The position numbers and the translations under genes were made by a program. A DNA stretch of 46,869 nucleotides from a virus (taxonomy: Duplodnaviria > Caudoviricetes). The DNA lies in the IMG/VR virus record IMGVR_UViG_3300044699_000025, positions 1 to 46,869 of that record; one strand, written 5' to 3'. The number at the start of each line of letters is the position of its first letter. Position 1 is the first letter of the stretch. Shown one piece after another: positions 7,335-16,469 of the stretch. The notes under the pieces are model-generated. The model did no database searches. It was not told the DNA's origin and saw nothing but the letters and a program-made list of their open reading frames with translations.

Positions 7335-7756
7335 TGGAATTACCTACTTACAATAAATCGAAGTGGAGTCATGGCGAGTGGGACAATGAGCCTGACCGTG
7401 TGGACTTCATACACGCGGGCTTCTCGTGTTTCATTCTACGTAATCATACCGGAAACTGGTGTGGTTACGTAGGTGTGCCATCTACTCATTCCGCGTATCT
7501 GAAAGACTACAATGACGTGGACGCACATGTTCATGGTGGATTGACTTACGCTAACAAGTGTAGCGGAGTCATCTGTCACATTCCCGAGCCTGGTATGTCT
7601 GATGATGTGTGGTGGCTTGGCTTCGATACTGCACACGCGGGTGACTTCACACCTGCTATACGTCGTCAATTCGGTGATGGTGGTGTGTATCGTAACATGG
7701 CATACACCATCGATGAGACAAAGAAACTTGCAGACCAACTGAAGGAGATGAACTGA
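7334..7756 (+). CDS. Conserved-type phage hypothetical protein
   Basis: WCGYVGVP, VHGGLTY and WWLGFDTAHAGD motifs; AGGAGG RBS. Confidence 0.8.
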   Translation: MELPTYNKSKWSHGEWDNEPDRVDFIHAGFSCFILRNHTGNWCGYVGVPSTHSAYLKDYNDVDAHVHGGLTYANKCSGVICHIPEPGMSDDVWWLGFDTAHAGDFTPAIRRQFGDGGVYRNMAYTIDETKKLADQLKEMN

Positions 7757-7906
7757 TGGGTGAGAAGGCTATGACTTTACGTGAGTGTGCAAGATTCGAC
7801 CATGCTAATGGTGCTAAGTCCAGACTGACAGGATGGGGCATCATCTGCAAGGAGAGACACGAGAAGAAGATTTCTCGCAAACAGCGTAGACTGATGAGAC
7901 AAAGAA

Positions 7907-8182
7907 ATGGATAACGATGTAATGGCAGCATTACGGGCTGCTATCAATGGTGCGGTGGCTGGAGATAAGATTATCTTCAAGCTCTGCGAACATATGGTAT
8001 CTCGCATCGTGGCATTATCTAAAGAGATTGAAACTCTCACTGAGAATCAGACCATCATGGCTCGTAATCAAGAGGAGATGGTGAATCTTATTGATAGTTT
8101 GCAACGTAAATTAGATGCACTTCTCGACATGTATATCGGTGACCACTCACGCATCAATGGGAAAGATGAAATCGGAACCTAA
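7907..8182 (+). CDS. Coiled-coil hypothetical protein
   Basis: ORF track; heptad pattern. Confidence 0.65.
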   Translation: MDNDVMAALRAAINGAVAGDKIIFKLCEHMVSRIVALSKEIETLTENQTIMARNQEEMVNLIDSLQRKLDALLDMYIGDHSRINGKDEIGT

Positions 8183-8196
8183 CTAGGAGAACTAAG

Positions 8197-8292
8197 ATGA
8201 AATGTAAGAAGTGTGGTAAGCAAACTGGTCCGGCGTTCGGACTGTGTTCTGATTGCATCAAGAAAGAAGATGCAGAACTGGAGATGAAATGA
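8197..8292 (+). CDS. 31-aa zinc-finger micro-protein (MKCKKCG...CSDC)
   Basis: AGGAG RBS; ATGA overlap with the next gene. Confidence 0.55.
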   Translation: MKCKKCGKQTGPAFGLCSDCIKKEDAELEMK

Positions 8293-8672
8293 TTACTCGA
8301 ACGAAAGTCGAGACTGCAATCGGTAAGACATACGCGGATTCACTCGATACTACGGTGTTCCGTGTGTCAATGAAATTCAGTTACACGAAGCGTGAACTAG
8401 TCGATAAGGTGGGATGTGGTAACTTCGTCGCTGCTACTCGATTGAGTAAAATACTGAGGAGACTTGGTATCTTGTCACCACTCAAGTTATATCAGATTGA
8501 CCCCGCATCTCTCGCACGCACTCGTGGTGTAGGTCAGGCGTGTATGTTTGTTGCGATGTGTATCCTTGAATCGAATGAATATGATTCGATGAAGTGGTGG
8601 GCACGTAACAAGGTGAAGTTCAATACACTGAAACATCGGTCAGTTCAGCATCATAAGCAGGATGTGGCATGA
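8289..8672 (+). CDS. Hypothetical protein, possibly helix-hairpin-helix-like DNA binder
   Basis: GGAG RBS; LARTRGVG motif. Confidence 0.7.
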   Translation: MITRTKVETAIGKTYADSLDTTVFRVSMKFSYTKRELVDKVGCGNFVAATRLSKILRRLGILSPLKLYQIDPASLARTRGVGQACMFVAMCILESNEYDSMKWWARNKVKFNTLKHRSVQHHKQDVA

Positions 8673-8944
8673 TGGAAGTGAAGAAAACAGAGTATCAGAC
8701 TCGTTCTGAAATACATGGTATACACATGTATCCTACTTTGGAGTCTGCTCTGTTCGCTGCTATGCAGGATGAAACTATCTGGAAGATTTCATTCAGTGTA
8801 GATAAAGAAACTAGGATAAGACTAGTCAGAAGTAGAAGTGGATGGATTTACGAGGATATCCTGGGTAACAGGATGATTAAGCAAGATAAACTATCTAAGA
8901 AGGAAACTAAAAATGCACTGGACACAAACTCCCGAAGGTCGTAG
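8669..8944 (+). CDS. Hypothetical protein
   Basis: ATGA coupling. Confidence 0.65.
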   Translation: MMEVKKTEYQTRSEIHGIHMYPTLESALFAAMQDETIWKISFSVDKETRIRLVRSRSGWIYEDILGNRMIKQDKLSKKETKNALDTNSRRS

Positions 8945-9143
8945 ACGAATGAGTGAAATTCAGAAACTCTCACGTAAGAAGATTCTTGAGAGTAAGAAAG
9001 AGGTAGTAAAGAAGGAGTACAAGAAGAGAAAAGGAATCATCGTGACGATTGAAGGAAAGGATGCGCGGAAAGCATTGGCGGAACTGATGTCAAATGCTGA
9101 GTACGACAGACTAGATGTGCGTATCCGAATTGAGAGGCAATAA
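8913..9143 (+). CDS. Basic hypothetical protein
   Basis: AGGA RBS; HWTQTPEGRRRMS motif. Confidence 0.65.
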   Translation: MHWTQTPEGRRRMSEIQKLSRKKILESKKEVVKKEYKKRKGIIVTIEGKDARKALAELMSNAEYDRLDVRIRIERQ

Positions 9144-10096
9144 TGGACATAATTCCAGAACCTAAGAAGAACGTAATCATGGATGCCACGACAATGAGTA
9201 GTCTCATGAGTTGTGGTAGATACTATGACATACGTTTTAATCATAGGCTTGTATCGGGTAGAGGTAAATCGAACTCACTCGAAGTAGGCTCACTGATTCA
9301 TAAGATACTTGAGGTATATTACAGACATCGAATCGATGGATTTGATGCTAAGACAGCAATAGGTCAGGCTCTCGCGGCAGGTCAACTATTCATTACTGGA
9401 TGTGTGGGCTGTGCTAATGCTACTGAGGGTCCTACATCATGTGGACATGAGATAGGCGAGTATCCAGGTCTGACTAACACGCCAGAAAACAATGAGAAAT
9501 TTACTGTAGGCTGGCGATTTGCACTCGACACATGCCAACAATACTTCAAATTCTACGAAGGAGATTCATTCATTCCACTCAACTGTGAGTATGTGAAGGG
9601 TGAAATTCTTTACGAGGACGAAGAAATCCGTGTATTGTGGAAAGCGAAGATTGACCTACTAGTTGATACGAATCAAATTGGTATCGTATCAATGGACCAT
9701 AAGACATTCAAACAACGACGTGATAAGTCTACCCTGTCTAATCAATTCCTTGGTCAATGTTTACTACTTAATTCAAGGAATGTAATCGTCAATAAGATTG
9801 GACTTCAAACTACTCTCAAAATCAATGAACGGTTGACTAGAGAAGTAGTCAGTTTCAGTGCAGATAGACTGTTGGAATGGCAGTCTGAAATCCTCCCCTA
9901 CTACGCATACAAATTTGTGCAGTATGCCGAATCAGGTTATTGGCCTCCTGATTACACGCACTGTGACAACATGTTCGGTCCGTGTCCATACAAACAAGTA
10001 TGTGAAGCGGATAGAGGTATGCGTGAAGAAGTGTTGAGGAACAACTACATGTTGGCTCCTATATGGGACCCAACCAATAAACAAGGGGACGACTAG
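9143..10096 (+). CDS. PD-(D/E)XK exonuclease (Cas4/RecB-like)
   Basis: N-terminal SCGRYY, GSLIHKILE, KIDLL, DHKT and C-terminal C..(GP)CPY..VC cluster. Confidence 0.85.
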   Translation: MDIIPEPKKNVIMDATTMSSLMSCGRYYDIRFNHRLVSGRGKSNSLEVGSLIHKILEVYYRHRIDGFDAKTAIGQALAAGQLFITGCVGCANATEGPTSCGHEIGEYPGLTNTPENNEKFTVGWRFALDTCQQYFKFYEGDSFIPLNCEYVKGEILYEDEEIRVLWKAKIDLLVDTNQIGIVSMDHKTFKQRRDKSTLSNQFLGQCLLLNSRNVIVNKIGLQTTLKINERLTREVVSFSADRLLEWQSEILPYYAYKFVQYAESGYWPPDYTHCDNMFGPCPYKQVCEADRGMREEVLRNNYMLAPIWDPTNKQGDD

Positions 10097-10097
10097 C

Positions 10098-10244
10098 ATG
10101 AGATATCCCTGTTACTTTTGTAGGAAATCAGTTACATCAGAACTACCAGATGATTCTGTTATTAGAGCTATGCTGATATGTCCTGAATGTATAGCAGCAG
10201 GGAAAATTATCATTCCCGAACCTAAAGAACTGGAGAAAAACTGA
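10098..10244 (+). CDS. 48-aa zinc-finger micro-protein (CYFC...CPEC)
   Basis: Fills the gap between coupled genes; TGATG overlap. Confidence 0.55.
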   Translation: MRYPCYFCRKSVTSELPDDSVIRAMLICPECIAAGKIIIPEPKELEKN

Positions 10245-10498
10245 TGGCATGTGATAAGTGTAAACTACCATATCCCGACAATCTGGTAGCCACCGTTATG
10301 ATAGGTGGTACTTACCTGAAACCTGTCTGTGGAATATGCGCACTTGAAATAACTAATGAATATCACGGCGTTGAACGTAAAGAGTTCACTGGCGAGGTAG
10401 CTGAGAAGATGCGTCGAGATGCAATTAGATGGCGCAGAAATAATCCGTCAAAGGTGAATGATTCAACTAAGGTGACTAATGCCGACCATAAGCAATGA
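10244..10498 (+). CDS. Zinc-finger hypothetical protein
   Basis: CDKC...CGIC; GGAG RBS. Confidence 0.7.
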   Translation: MACDKCKLPYPDNLVATVMIGGTYLKPVCGICALEITNEYHGVERKEFTGEVAEKMRRDAIRWRRNNPSKVNDSTKVTNADHKQ

Positions 10499-10757
10499 CA
10501 TTTGGGTTACACGTGAAGGTCAGCAGCTTGAGATTAAGAAGATGGCTTCATCTCATCTGTTGGCAACTATTCACTTCATTGAGCGTAAACGATTCACTGA
10601 AGCTGTAGATTGTGCTATGCGTGAATCAGGTGGTAGCGACCTTGTGAAATATTATCTACAGTGGCCGTATCAGTACGATTCACTTGTAGCAGAAGCACAG
10701 CGACGCAGACTCATCTATCGTGGTGTTGAGGGAACTGTAAAGAGGGTGAAACAGTGA
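10479..10757 (+). CDS. Hypothetical phage protein
   Basis: WVTREG..L.IKKM..SHL motif. Confidence 0.7.
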   Translation: MPTISNDIWVTREGQQLEIKKMASSHLLATIHFIERKRFTEAVDCAMRESGGSDLVKYYLQWPYQYDSLVAEAQRRRLIYRGVEGTVKRVKQ

Positions 10758-10803
10758 AATCAGTCGATGAGAATGGCCTAATACTGAGACCAATGGAGAA
10801 GAA

Positions 10804-11007
10804 ATGATGACTCAACAAGAGGCCACTGATCTATTAGAGAAAATTCTTGGACGTAAGTTAGGAGATGCGTTCGAGGATTGTACTGGTGATGCAACTACTT
10901 GTCCTATTGAGGAATGTATGATATGTGGAGTGCGTGACTGCCCGGAAAATGAACCACTTCATTACCATCATGATGGTTGCCCACGATGTAGTGAAGAAGG
11001 TGCATAA
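10804..11007 (+). CDS. Cys/His-rich small protein
   Basis: CMICG..DCP..EPLHYHHDGCPRC. Confidence 0.65.
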   Translation: MMTQQEATDLLEKILGRKLGDAFEDCTGDATTCPIEECMICGVRDCPENEPLHYHHDGCPRCSEEGA

Positions 11008-11819
11008 TGCCGAACATGAATGACGTGAACTTCGATTCACTATACGTGATGATGAAGGGCGAACCCGGCACACGTAAATCAACTCAAGCGGCGTCATTCC
11101 CTGGTCCACAATACTGGTTTAGTTGGGACAGGAAGATGAATGGCATCTATCTACCCATGAGGAAGTGGGGTATAGATCCTAAGACAATCACATTCGATGA
11201 CTATGATGATTGGACTAAAGCCAAGAAGAAGTTAGAACAGCTTCAGGTGGACTGTCCCTACAAGACTGTTGTCATCGATTCGATTACATCCTGTGCAGAT
11301 ATGACACTACGTCAGACAGTCAAATTGAAGTATGGAATGACTAGAAGTAGTGGAGCACAGGCAGGTAAATTAGTCGGTGGAATCGCAGTCAATGAAATCG
11401 AAGACTACAATGCTGAGTCCGCCGCACTACAGGAACTCATCGCACTCACGAAAGATATCAACGCATATCACAAAGTCAATATCATCCTGATTGCTCATGT
11501 GGTGAAAGCTGAGTATCGGGATACCACGAAAAACATAACTCACATCAGCCGACAGATAGTTACGGCTGGTAAGAATGTGGCTGCGAAAATCCCTGCGTAT
11601 TGTGGTGAGGTATATCACTTCAATATTAAGAAGGGATTCGTAGAAGGCTCAGGAGGTGACTATACACTACTAACGGAACATACTGGTGATGACTTCGCAC
11701 GTTCAGCACTAGGGCTGGACAAAGAGATTACATTTGGTGATAAGCCACTTTACGATACGTGGATTAAGCCGGCTATCACTAAGATGAAATCAGACTACAC
11801 ACCAACAACGAAGTTCTAG
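11007..11819 (+). CDS. AAA_24 / Sak4-like ATPase (single-strand annealing recombinase)
   Basis: GEPGTRKST Walker A, VVIDSIT Walker B and ILIAH; lies between the exonuclease and the SSB-like gene. Confidence 0.8.
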   Translation: MPNMNDVNFDSLYVMMKGEPGTRKSTQAASFPGPQYWFSWDRKMNGIYLPMRKWGIDPKTITFDDYDDWTKAKKKLEQLQVDCPYKTVVIDSITSCADMTLRQTVKLKYGMTRSSGAQAGKLVGGIAVNEIEDYNAESAALQELIALTKDINAYHKVNIILIAHVVKAEYRDTTKNITHISRQIVTAGKNVAAKIPAYCGEVYHFNIKKGFVEGSGGDYTLLTEHTGDDFARSALGLDKEITFGDKPLYDTWIKPAITKMKSDYTPTTKF

Positions 11820-11873
11820 TCGTGCAACAACAAACACAACAACGAAGACAACAACGAAACAGAGGGTAGTACA

Positions 11874-12266
11874 GTGCCAATGATTCAGTTCAGTGATCGT
11901 GATCTGCTACGTGGAAAGGTTGTGGAACCAGCATGGTACGTCGTCAACATCCAGACTGTTGGCGAGTCTCCATCGAAGGATGGTGGTTCCACGAACTATC
12001 CCGTTGAAGGCGTCATCGTGAAGAACGCTGACAATGGTGATGAGGCATTCGCAGGTGTTCCGCTTGATTGGAATTTCAACAGTAAGGCGATTGGCTTTGC
12101 AGTTGGATTCCTTGCATCATTCGGAGTTGATGTGAAAGCAGGCGCACGATTTGATCTGGCGAATGCGGCAGGTCGTCAGATTGAAGTATTCGTGGAGAAC
12201 GGTGAGTGGCAGGGACGCATCGTGAACCGCGTCAACCACAAGTATCGTGCTCTGCGTACTCAGTAG
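11874..12266 (+). CDS. SSB-like protein (DUF669-like)
   Basis: VEPAWYVVNI...SKDG...GEWQGRIVNRV pattern; directly follows the Sak4-like gene. Confidence 0.65.
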   Translation: MPMIQFSDRDLLRGKVVEPAWYVVNIQTVGESPSKDGGSTNYPVEGVIVKNADNGDEAFAGVPLDWNFNSKAIGFAVGFLASFGVDVKAGARFDLANAAGRQIEVFVENGEWQGRIVNRVNHKYRALRTQ

Positions 12267-12271
12267 TTAGT

Positions 12272-12396
12272 AGGCCCGACGTTCATGTAGCTAAACCTAT
12301 AACCTACATGGATACTGAACCATTATCCGTATGACGATACGGAAAGAAGTTGGTTGGAATTAAAGTCAGGATAAAGTTGTCCTGTCCGTCGGGTTT
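12272..12396 (+). ncRNA. Candidate multi-stem structured RNA or terminator
   Basis: Closing stem AGGCCCGACG/CGTCGGGTTT enclosing three hairpins. Confidence 0.45.
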
Positions 12397-12468
12397 CTTT
12401 CGTAGTTAAATTAGGTAGTCGTGGCTAATACTTAACTTGGCCCAATGAATTAACTGAGGTGTATTGTG

Positions 12469-12621
12469 GTGTATGAACCTGATGAGCCTGAAGTTCTACC
12501 GCTTCCGCTGACTGACCCTGTTCCGATTGAACCGGAACCTGAGCCAGAACTCGAAGACGTTGATGATGACGATGATGATGACTTCGAGGACGATGAGGAC
12601 GACGAAGAAGAAGACAAGTAA
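12469..12621 (+). CDS. 50-aa hyper-acidic protein
   Basis: GAGG RBS and GTG start; MYEPDEPEVLPLPLTDPVPIEPEPEPELEDVDDDDDDDFEDDEDDEEEDK. Confidence 0.65.
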   Translation: MYEPDEPEVLPLPLTDPVPIEPEPEPELEDVDDDDDDDFEDDEDDEEEDK

Positions 12622-12743
12622 CAAAATTCATTAGTCAGATTTTGTTGCTCCATGCAAATCTGGCTGGTGATAGGGGACGCACTCAATACTACAATGGGGT
12701 AGCTTACGGGTGCGTCCCCGCCTTTCTATTAGTGAGAAAGAAG

Positions 12744-13040
12744 ATGACTGACATCAAAGTAATCGGACGAGTGATTAAAGTAAGTAAAGCAGGATGGGGA
12801 TTCATTTCTTCAAAGGATATTGAATTTACCCGTATCTTCTTTCACTGGACCGCACTCCGACAGGACACGGTTACATTCCCTAATCTGAGGACAGGAATGA
12901 TTGTAGAGTTTACACCACTTCAGATTCCAGGTAAGGGATATAGAGCTGTGCATGTTCGTGTGATTGAAAAGCCTGTTACTGAATTGAAAGAGGCGGAAAA
13001 TGGAACAGAAGAAACTAATCTGCCCACACTGTCGGAATGA
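12744..13040 (+). CDS. Cold-shock-domain (OB-fold) protein
   Basis: GRV..VSKAGWGFI (RNP1-like), IFFHWTAL (RNP2-like), LRTGMIVEF and KGYRAVHV. Confidence 0.85.
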   Translation: MTDIKVIGRVIKVSKAGWGFISSKDIEFTRIFFHWTALRQDTVTFPNLRTGMIVEFTPLQIPGKGYRAVHVRVIEKPVTELKEAENGTEETNLPTLSE

Positions 13041-13164
13041 AGATGTGACTTTGATGGAACAGATACGATTGCAAGGTGCCAAATCAATTGCAATAACTAA
13101 GTATCTCTGTAACGTGTGTTCTAAAACTTTCGTAACGTCGGATTACTACGGAGAAAATAAATGA
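13000..13164 (+). CDS. 54-aa zinc-ribbon protein (CPHC...CNVC)
   Basis: GAGG RBS; ATGA overlap with the next gene. Confidence 0.6.
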   Translation: MEQKKLICPHCRNEDVTLMEQIRLQGAKSIAITKYLCNVCSKTFVTSDYYGENK

Positions 13165-13352
13165 GTGACTATCATAAGGACTTATTGTTGGAAATTATTG
13201 ATGAGTGGAATGATGATGAGTTGCGTGCGTATGTATTCCTTCAAGAGGAAAGATTAGAGAATACGCGCAGACTAGTTCAGAGTTTGAAGGAAATTCAAAG
13301 GAAACGAAAGAAACGAAAGATAGTAGACACAGGAGATCGAAGTGGGACTTAA
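13161..13352 (+). CDS. Hypothetical protein
   Basis: GGAG RBS. Confidence 0.65.
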   Translation: MSDYHKDLLLEIIDEWNDDELRAYVFLQEERLENTRRLVQSLKEIQRKRKKRKIVDTGDRSGT

Positions 13353-13515
13353 CATCTATCTGATTCCACCAGGTATTCCATGTGAGAAATGTGGAGTGAA
13401 GATAACTCTCAAGGAGTTACTTCAATCACTAGTCTGTCCCGTATGTAATGCAGTACAGAAGAAAGAAAACTATGGAAAGTATTTCGCTGTAATAACGGAT
13501 GTGAAGGATGAATAG
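13342..13515 (+). CDS. 57-aa zinc-ribbon protein (CEKC...CPVC)
   Basis: AGGAG RBS and GTG start; fills the gap. Confidence 0.55.
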   Translation: MGLNIYLIPPGIPCEKCGVKITLKELLQSLVCPVCNAVQKKENYGKYFAVITDVKDE

Positions 13516-13693
13516 CCAAGAAAGAGAAAAGTGGAAGTATTGGCTTGACACAATTGAAACTGAAGCCAGTGATAAGTTGACACAATGGGAATCTAATTTC
13601 ATTGCGTCAATAACCATATGGCTAACTCATTCCAACCTTACCGCTAAACAATCAGATACGTTAGAACGTATCTACGTGAAGTATACAAAATGA
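13508..13693 (+). CDS. Hypothetical protein
   Basis: LTQWESNFI...LTAKQ..LERIY motif; coupled to the polymerase gene. Confidence 0.7.
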   Translation: MNSQEREKWKYWLDTIETEASDKLTQWESNFIASITIWLTHSNLTAKQSDTLERIYVKYTK

Positions 13694-16242
13694 GTGAACA
13701 TAAATATGTTCCCGGCATGGGTAGTGTTGGTTCTAAATTACTCATTCTAGGTGAAGCTCCATCTCATGAAGAAACTATATCTGGTAAGCCATTCGTTGGG
13801 CCTAGCGGCAGAGAACTAGATAGATTACTGAAAGATGCCGGTATTCAGCGAAGTGAATGTTGGATAACCAATGTATGTAAATACATGGTTCCACCAAATG
13901 CGGATAAGAAGAAGCTGCCATTCCATATCAGAGCTAAGCAATTCGGAATTGATATGGATCAACAATTAACTGAACTAAGAACAGAAATAAATGATGTTAA
14001 ACCTAACACTATTCTCGCTCTCGGTGGCACTGCTTTATGGGCGCTCTCGGGGCAAACTAAGATTTCTAAACACCGAGGTTCAATCAAGTGGGGTATGGGC
14101 TGTAAGTTTGTTCCTACCTATCATCCCGCGCATCTTCTACATAGTTCTGCGGGTGGAGAAATCAAAGGTTATTGGAACAGACAAGTAATGATATTCGATT
14201 TTAAGAGGGCTTATGTAGAGAGCGCATCACCCCTCTTAGAATTACCTAATCGAATACTTCAAATCTGTCGTAATTCCGGTGAACTATACGAGTTCATTGA
14301 GAAGTATAAGAATCATAGAAAACTATCAGTCGATATTGAAGCGAGTGGTCACTGTATTCCAATCTGCATTGGACTATCATTCAATAAGAATCACGGAATG
14401 ACTGTACCACTATGGAATAAAGATGATATAAGTTCAATTCCAACTTCAGACCTAGCTTCTATATGGGTTATGTTAGCTAAACTTTTATGGGAGAAGGACA
14501 TTGTTGGACAGAATTTTAATTATGATCGTGACAAACTCAGACGATTGGGTTTCATTATTAGAAGAATCCATAGCGATACCCTCCTTAAAGCCTTTGCAAT
14601 TAACCCTGAACTCCCAAAAGGGCTTGCATTTCTTACAAGTATCTACACACGAGAACCCTTCTACAAAGATGAGGGTATGTATGAGGGGGACATTAGAGAT
14701 TTATTGCTCGGATGCGCGCGTGATGCTTGTGTCACATACGAAATAGATGATGCAATGAATCCTGACCTGGAGGAATTAGGTGTGAAGAAGTTCTATGAGA
14801 ACTTTCTCATGCAACTACCTGATTTCTACGCAGAGATAGAACGAAATGGAATGTATGTCAATGAGGAGAAGCGACTCGAATTGATTGCGAAGTATGTGGA
14901 ATGGGATGAACGTCTTGGTTATGAGATGTTTGAATTAACAGGTGGAATAGATGTTAATCCCAACTCACCAATTCAGGTTCATTCGCTTCTATTTGACCAT
15001 TGGAGATTACCACGTAGACTCGGAGTAGGTGAGGAGGAATTAACTTCACTTCTAAATCTTCAATCTGGTGTACGTGATTTACAACAGAGAGAATGGATTG
15101 AGAAATGTTTAGAACGAAGGAGAGTGCGTAAAACTATCAATACTTACTTGATGGCTATACCCGACTATGACGGCAAAATGAAGACTACTTGTTTTATGTG
15201 TCTAGAAACAGGTAGAACTAGTACAGGTCAGCAAGACCCACCGATTAGACCCTTAGTTGATTTAGTAGGTAAGGGTAATAAGAAGGACATGAAAGTCATG
15301 GGCACGGCATTTCAGACCATGACTAAACATGGAGATATTGGTGGTGATGTTCGGTCTATGTATGAGGCTGAACCTGGCTACGTATTTGTACAACTTGATA
15401 GTTCTCAAGCCGAAGCTCGTGTGGTGTTTAATCTTGCAACAGATGAGCAGGCATTAAAGGACATAGACGAACATGACTATCACGCTCTCACTGCTTCTTG
15501 GTTTTTCGGTGGCACTGAATCTGATTACAGCAAAAAGATACTCGGATATGAAAGCCCGATTCGATTTGCTGGTAAGACTCTCAGACACGCGGGACACCTC
15601 ATGGCAGGGAAAAGACGAGCATCAACTGAACTCAACACTCAGGCAAGAAAGTATAAGATTCCTATCACAATCAACGAAGCAACAGCAGAACGAGCGTTGA
15701 AGATATTCCACGCCAAGCAACCGAAGATTCAGCGCGTGTTTCATGCTGAAGTAATTGAAGCCATTAAAAACACTCGACAACTAGTAGCTCCGCTACCCTG
15801 GGGGATTGATGCTGAACGAGGTGGTGTACGCATTTTCTATGAAAGATGGGGAGATGATTTGTTCCGAGAGGCTATGGCCTACCTCCCACAACGAAGTGTT
15901 ACTGATAATACCAAAGCAGCAGGTATTAGAATTAAGAAGCAATTCAAAGAAGCTAAGATTATTCTTGAGGCTCATGATGCACTACTGTTCGCGGTTAGAG
16001 AAGAGTATCTCAGAGATTTCGTACCCTTAGCTAAGAAGGAGATGGAACGTCCTATCAATTTCACATGTTGTTCTTTACCCAGACGATATTTGAAGATACC
16101 ATGTGAAGTAGAGGTGGGACATAACTATAAGGACTTGGTGAAATTTAAGTCCACTGAATCGGTGGTTAAACCTGTGCATCCAAGTCTTGTTGAAACTAGA
16201 CCATTGAGTATAACTGAACAATTCATGGCTACTGATGAGTAA
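13690..16242 (+). CDS. Family A DNA polymerase with N-terminal uracil-DNA glycosylase (family 4-like) domain and 3'-5' exonuclease
   Basis: UDG: GEAP, PFVGPSG, TNVCK, TYHPA. Exo: DIE, GQNFNYD. Pol: TGRTS, DSSQAEAR (motif A), R...K (motif B), AHDAL (motif C). Confidence 0.93.
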   Translation: MSEHKYVPGMGSVGSKLLILGEAPSHEETISGKPFVGPSGRELDRLLKDAGIQRSECWITNVCKYMVPPNADKKKLPFHIRAKQFGIDMDQQLTELRTEINDVKPNTILALGGTALWALSGQTKISKHRGSIKWGMGCKFVPTYHPAHLLHSSAGGEIKGYWNRQVMIFDFKRAYVESASPLLELPNRILQICRNSGELYEFIEKYKNHRKLSVDIEASGHCIPICIGLSFNKNHGMTVPLWNKDDISSIPTSDLASIWVMLAKLLWEKDIVGQNFNYDRDKLRRLGFIIRRIHSDTLLKAFAINPELPKGLAFLTSIYTREPFYKDEGMYEGDIRDLLLGCARDACVTYEIDDAMNPDLEELGVKKFYENFLMQLPDFYAEIERNGMYVNEEKRLELIAKYVEWDERLGYEMFELTGGIDVNPNSPIQVHSLLFDHWRLPRRLGVGEEELTSLLNLQSGVRDLQQREWIEKCLERRRVRKTINTYLMAIPDYDGKMKTTCFMCLETGRTSTGQQDPPIRPLVDLVGKGNKKDMKVMGTAFQTMTKHGDIGGDVRSMYEAEPGYVFVQLDSSQAEARVVFNLATDEQALKDIDEHDYHALTASWFFGGTESDYSKKILGYESPIRFAGKTLRHAGHLMAGKRRASTELNTQARKYKIPITINEATAERALKIFHAKQPKIQRVFHAEVIEAIKNTRQLVAPLPWGIDAERGGVRIFYERWGDDLFREAMAYLPQRSVTDNTKAAGIRIKKQFKEAKIILEAHDALLFAVREEYLRDFVPLAKKEMERPINFTCCSLPRRYLKIPCEVEVGHNYKDLVKFKSTESVVKPVHPSLVETRPLSITEQFMATDE

Positions 16243-16247
16243 GTGAG

Positions 16248-16469
16248 GTGAGTATGGAACAGGATAACGTAAATCATCCCACACACTACAATAAACATCC
16301 GAGTGGTGTGGAATGTATTACGATTGTGGAACACTTCAATTTCTGTATTGGTAATGCAATTAAATATTTGTGGCGTGCTAATCAGAAGAACAACTATCTC
16401 GAAGATTTACAGAAGGCTAGGTGGTATGTAGATCGAGAGATTCAACGGGTTACTGAGGCGAAAAAGTGA
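16248..16469 (+). CDS. DUF3310 family protein (T7 gp1.7 nucleotide-kinase-like)
   Basis: DNVNHPTHY...VECI...GNAIKYLWRA...EDLQKARWY. Confidence 0.88.
   Translation: MSMEQDNVNHPTHYNKHPSGVECITIVEHFNFCIGNAIKYLWRANQKNNYLEDLQKARWYVDREIQRVTEAKK

Noticed and set aside
9143-10096. CRISPR-associated Cas4
   Set aside because: Its context (Sak4-like ATPase, SSB-like protein) is a standard phage recombination module; no cas1/cas2 or array
12425-12686. Minus-strand poly-Ser and His/Arg ORFs
   Set aside because: These are shadow frames of the acidic plus-strand ORF, which has an RBS and matches operon direction
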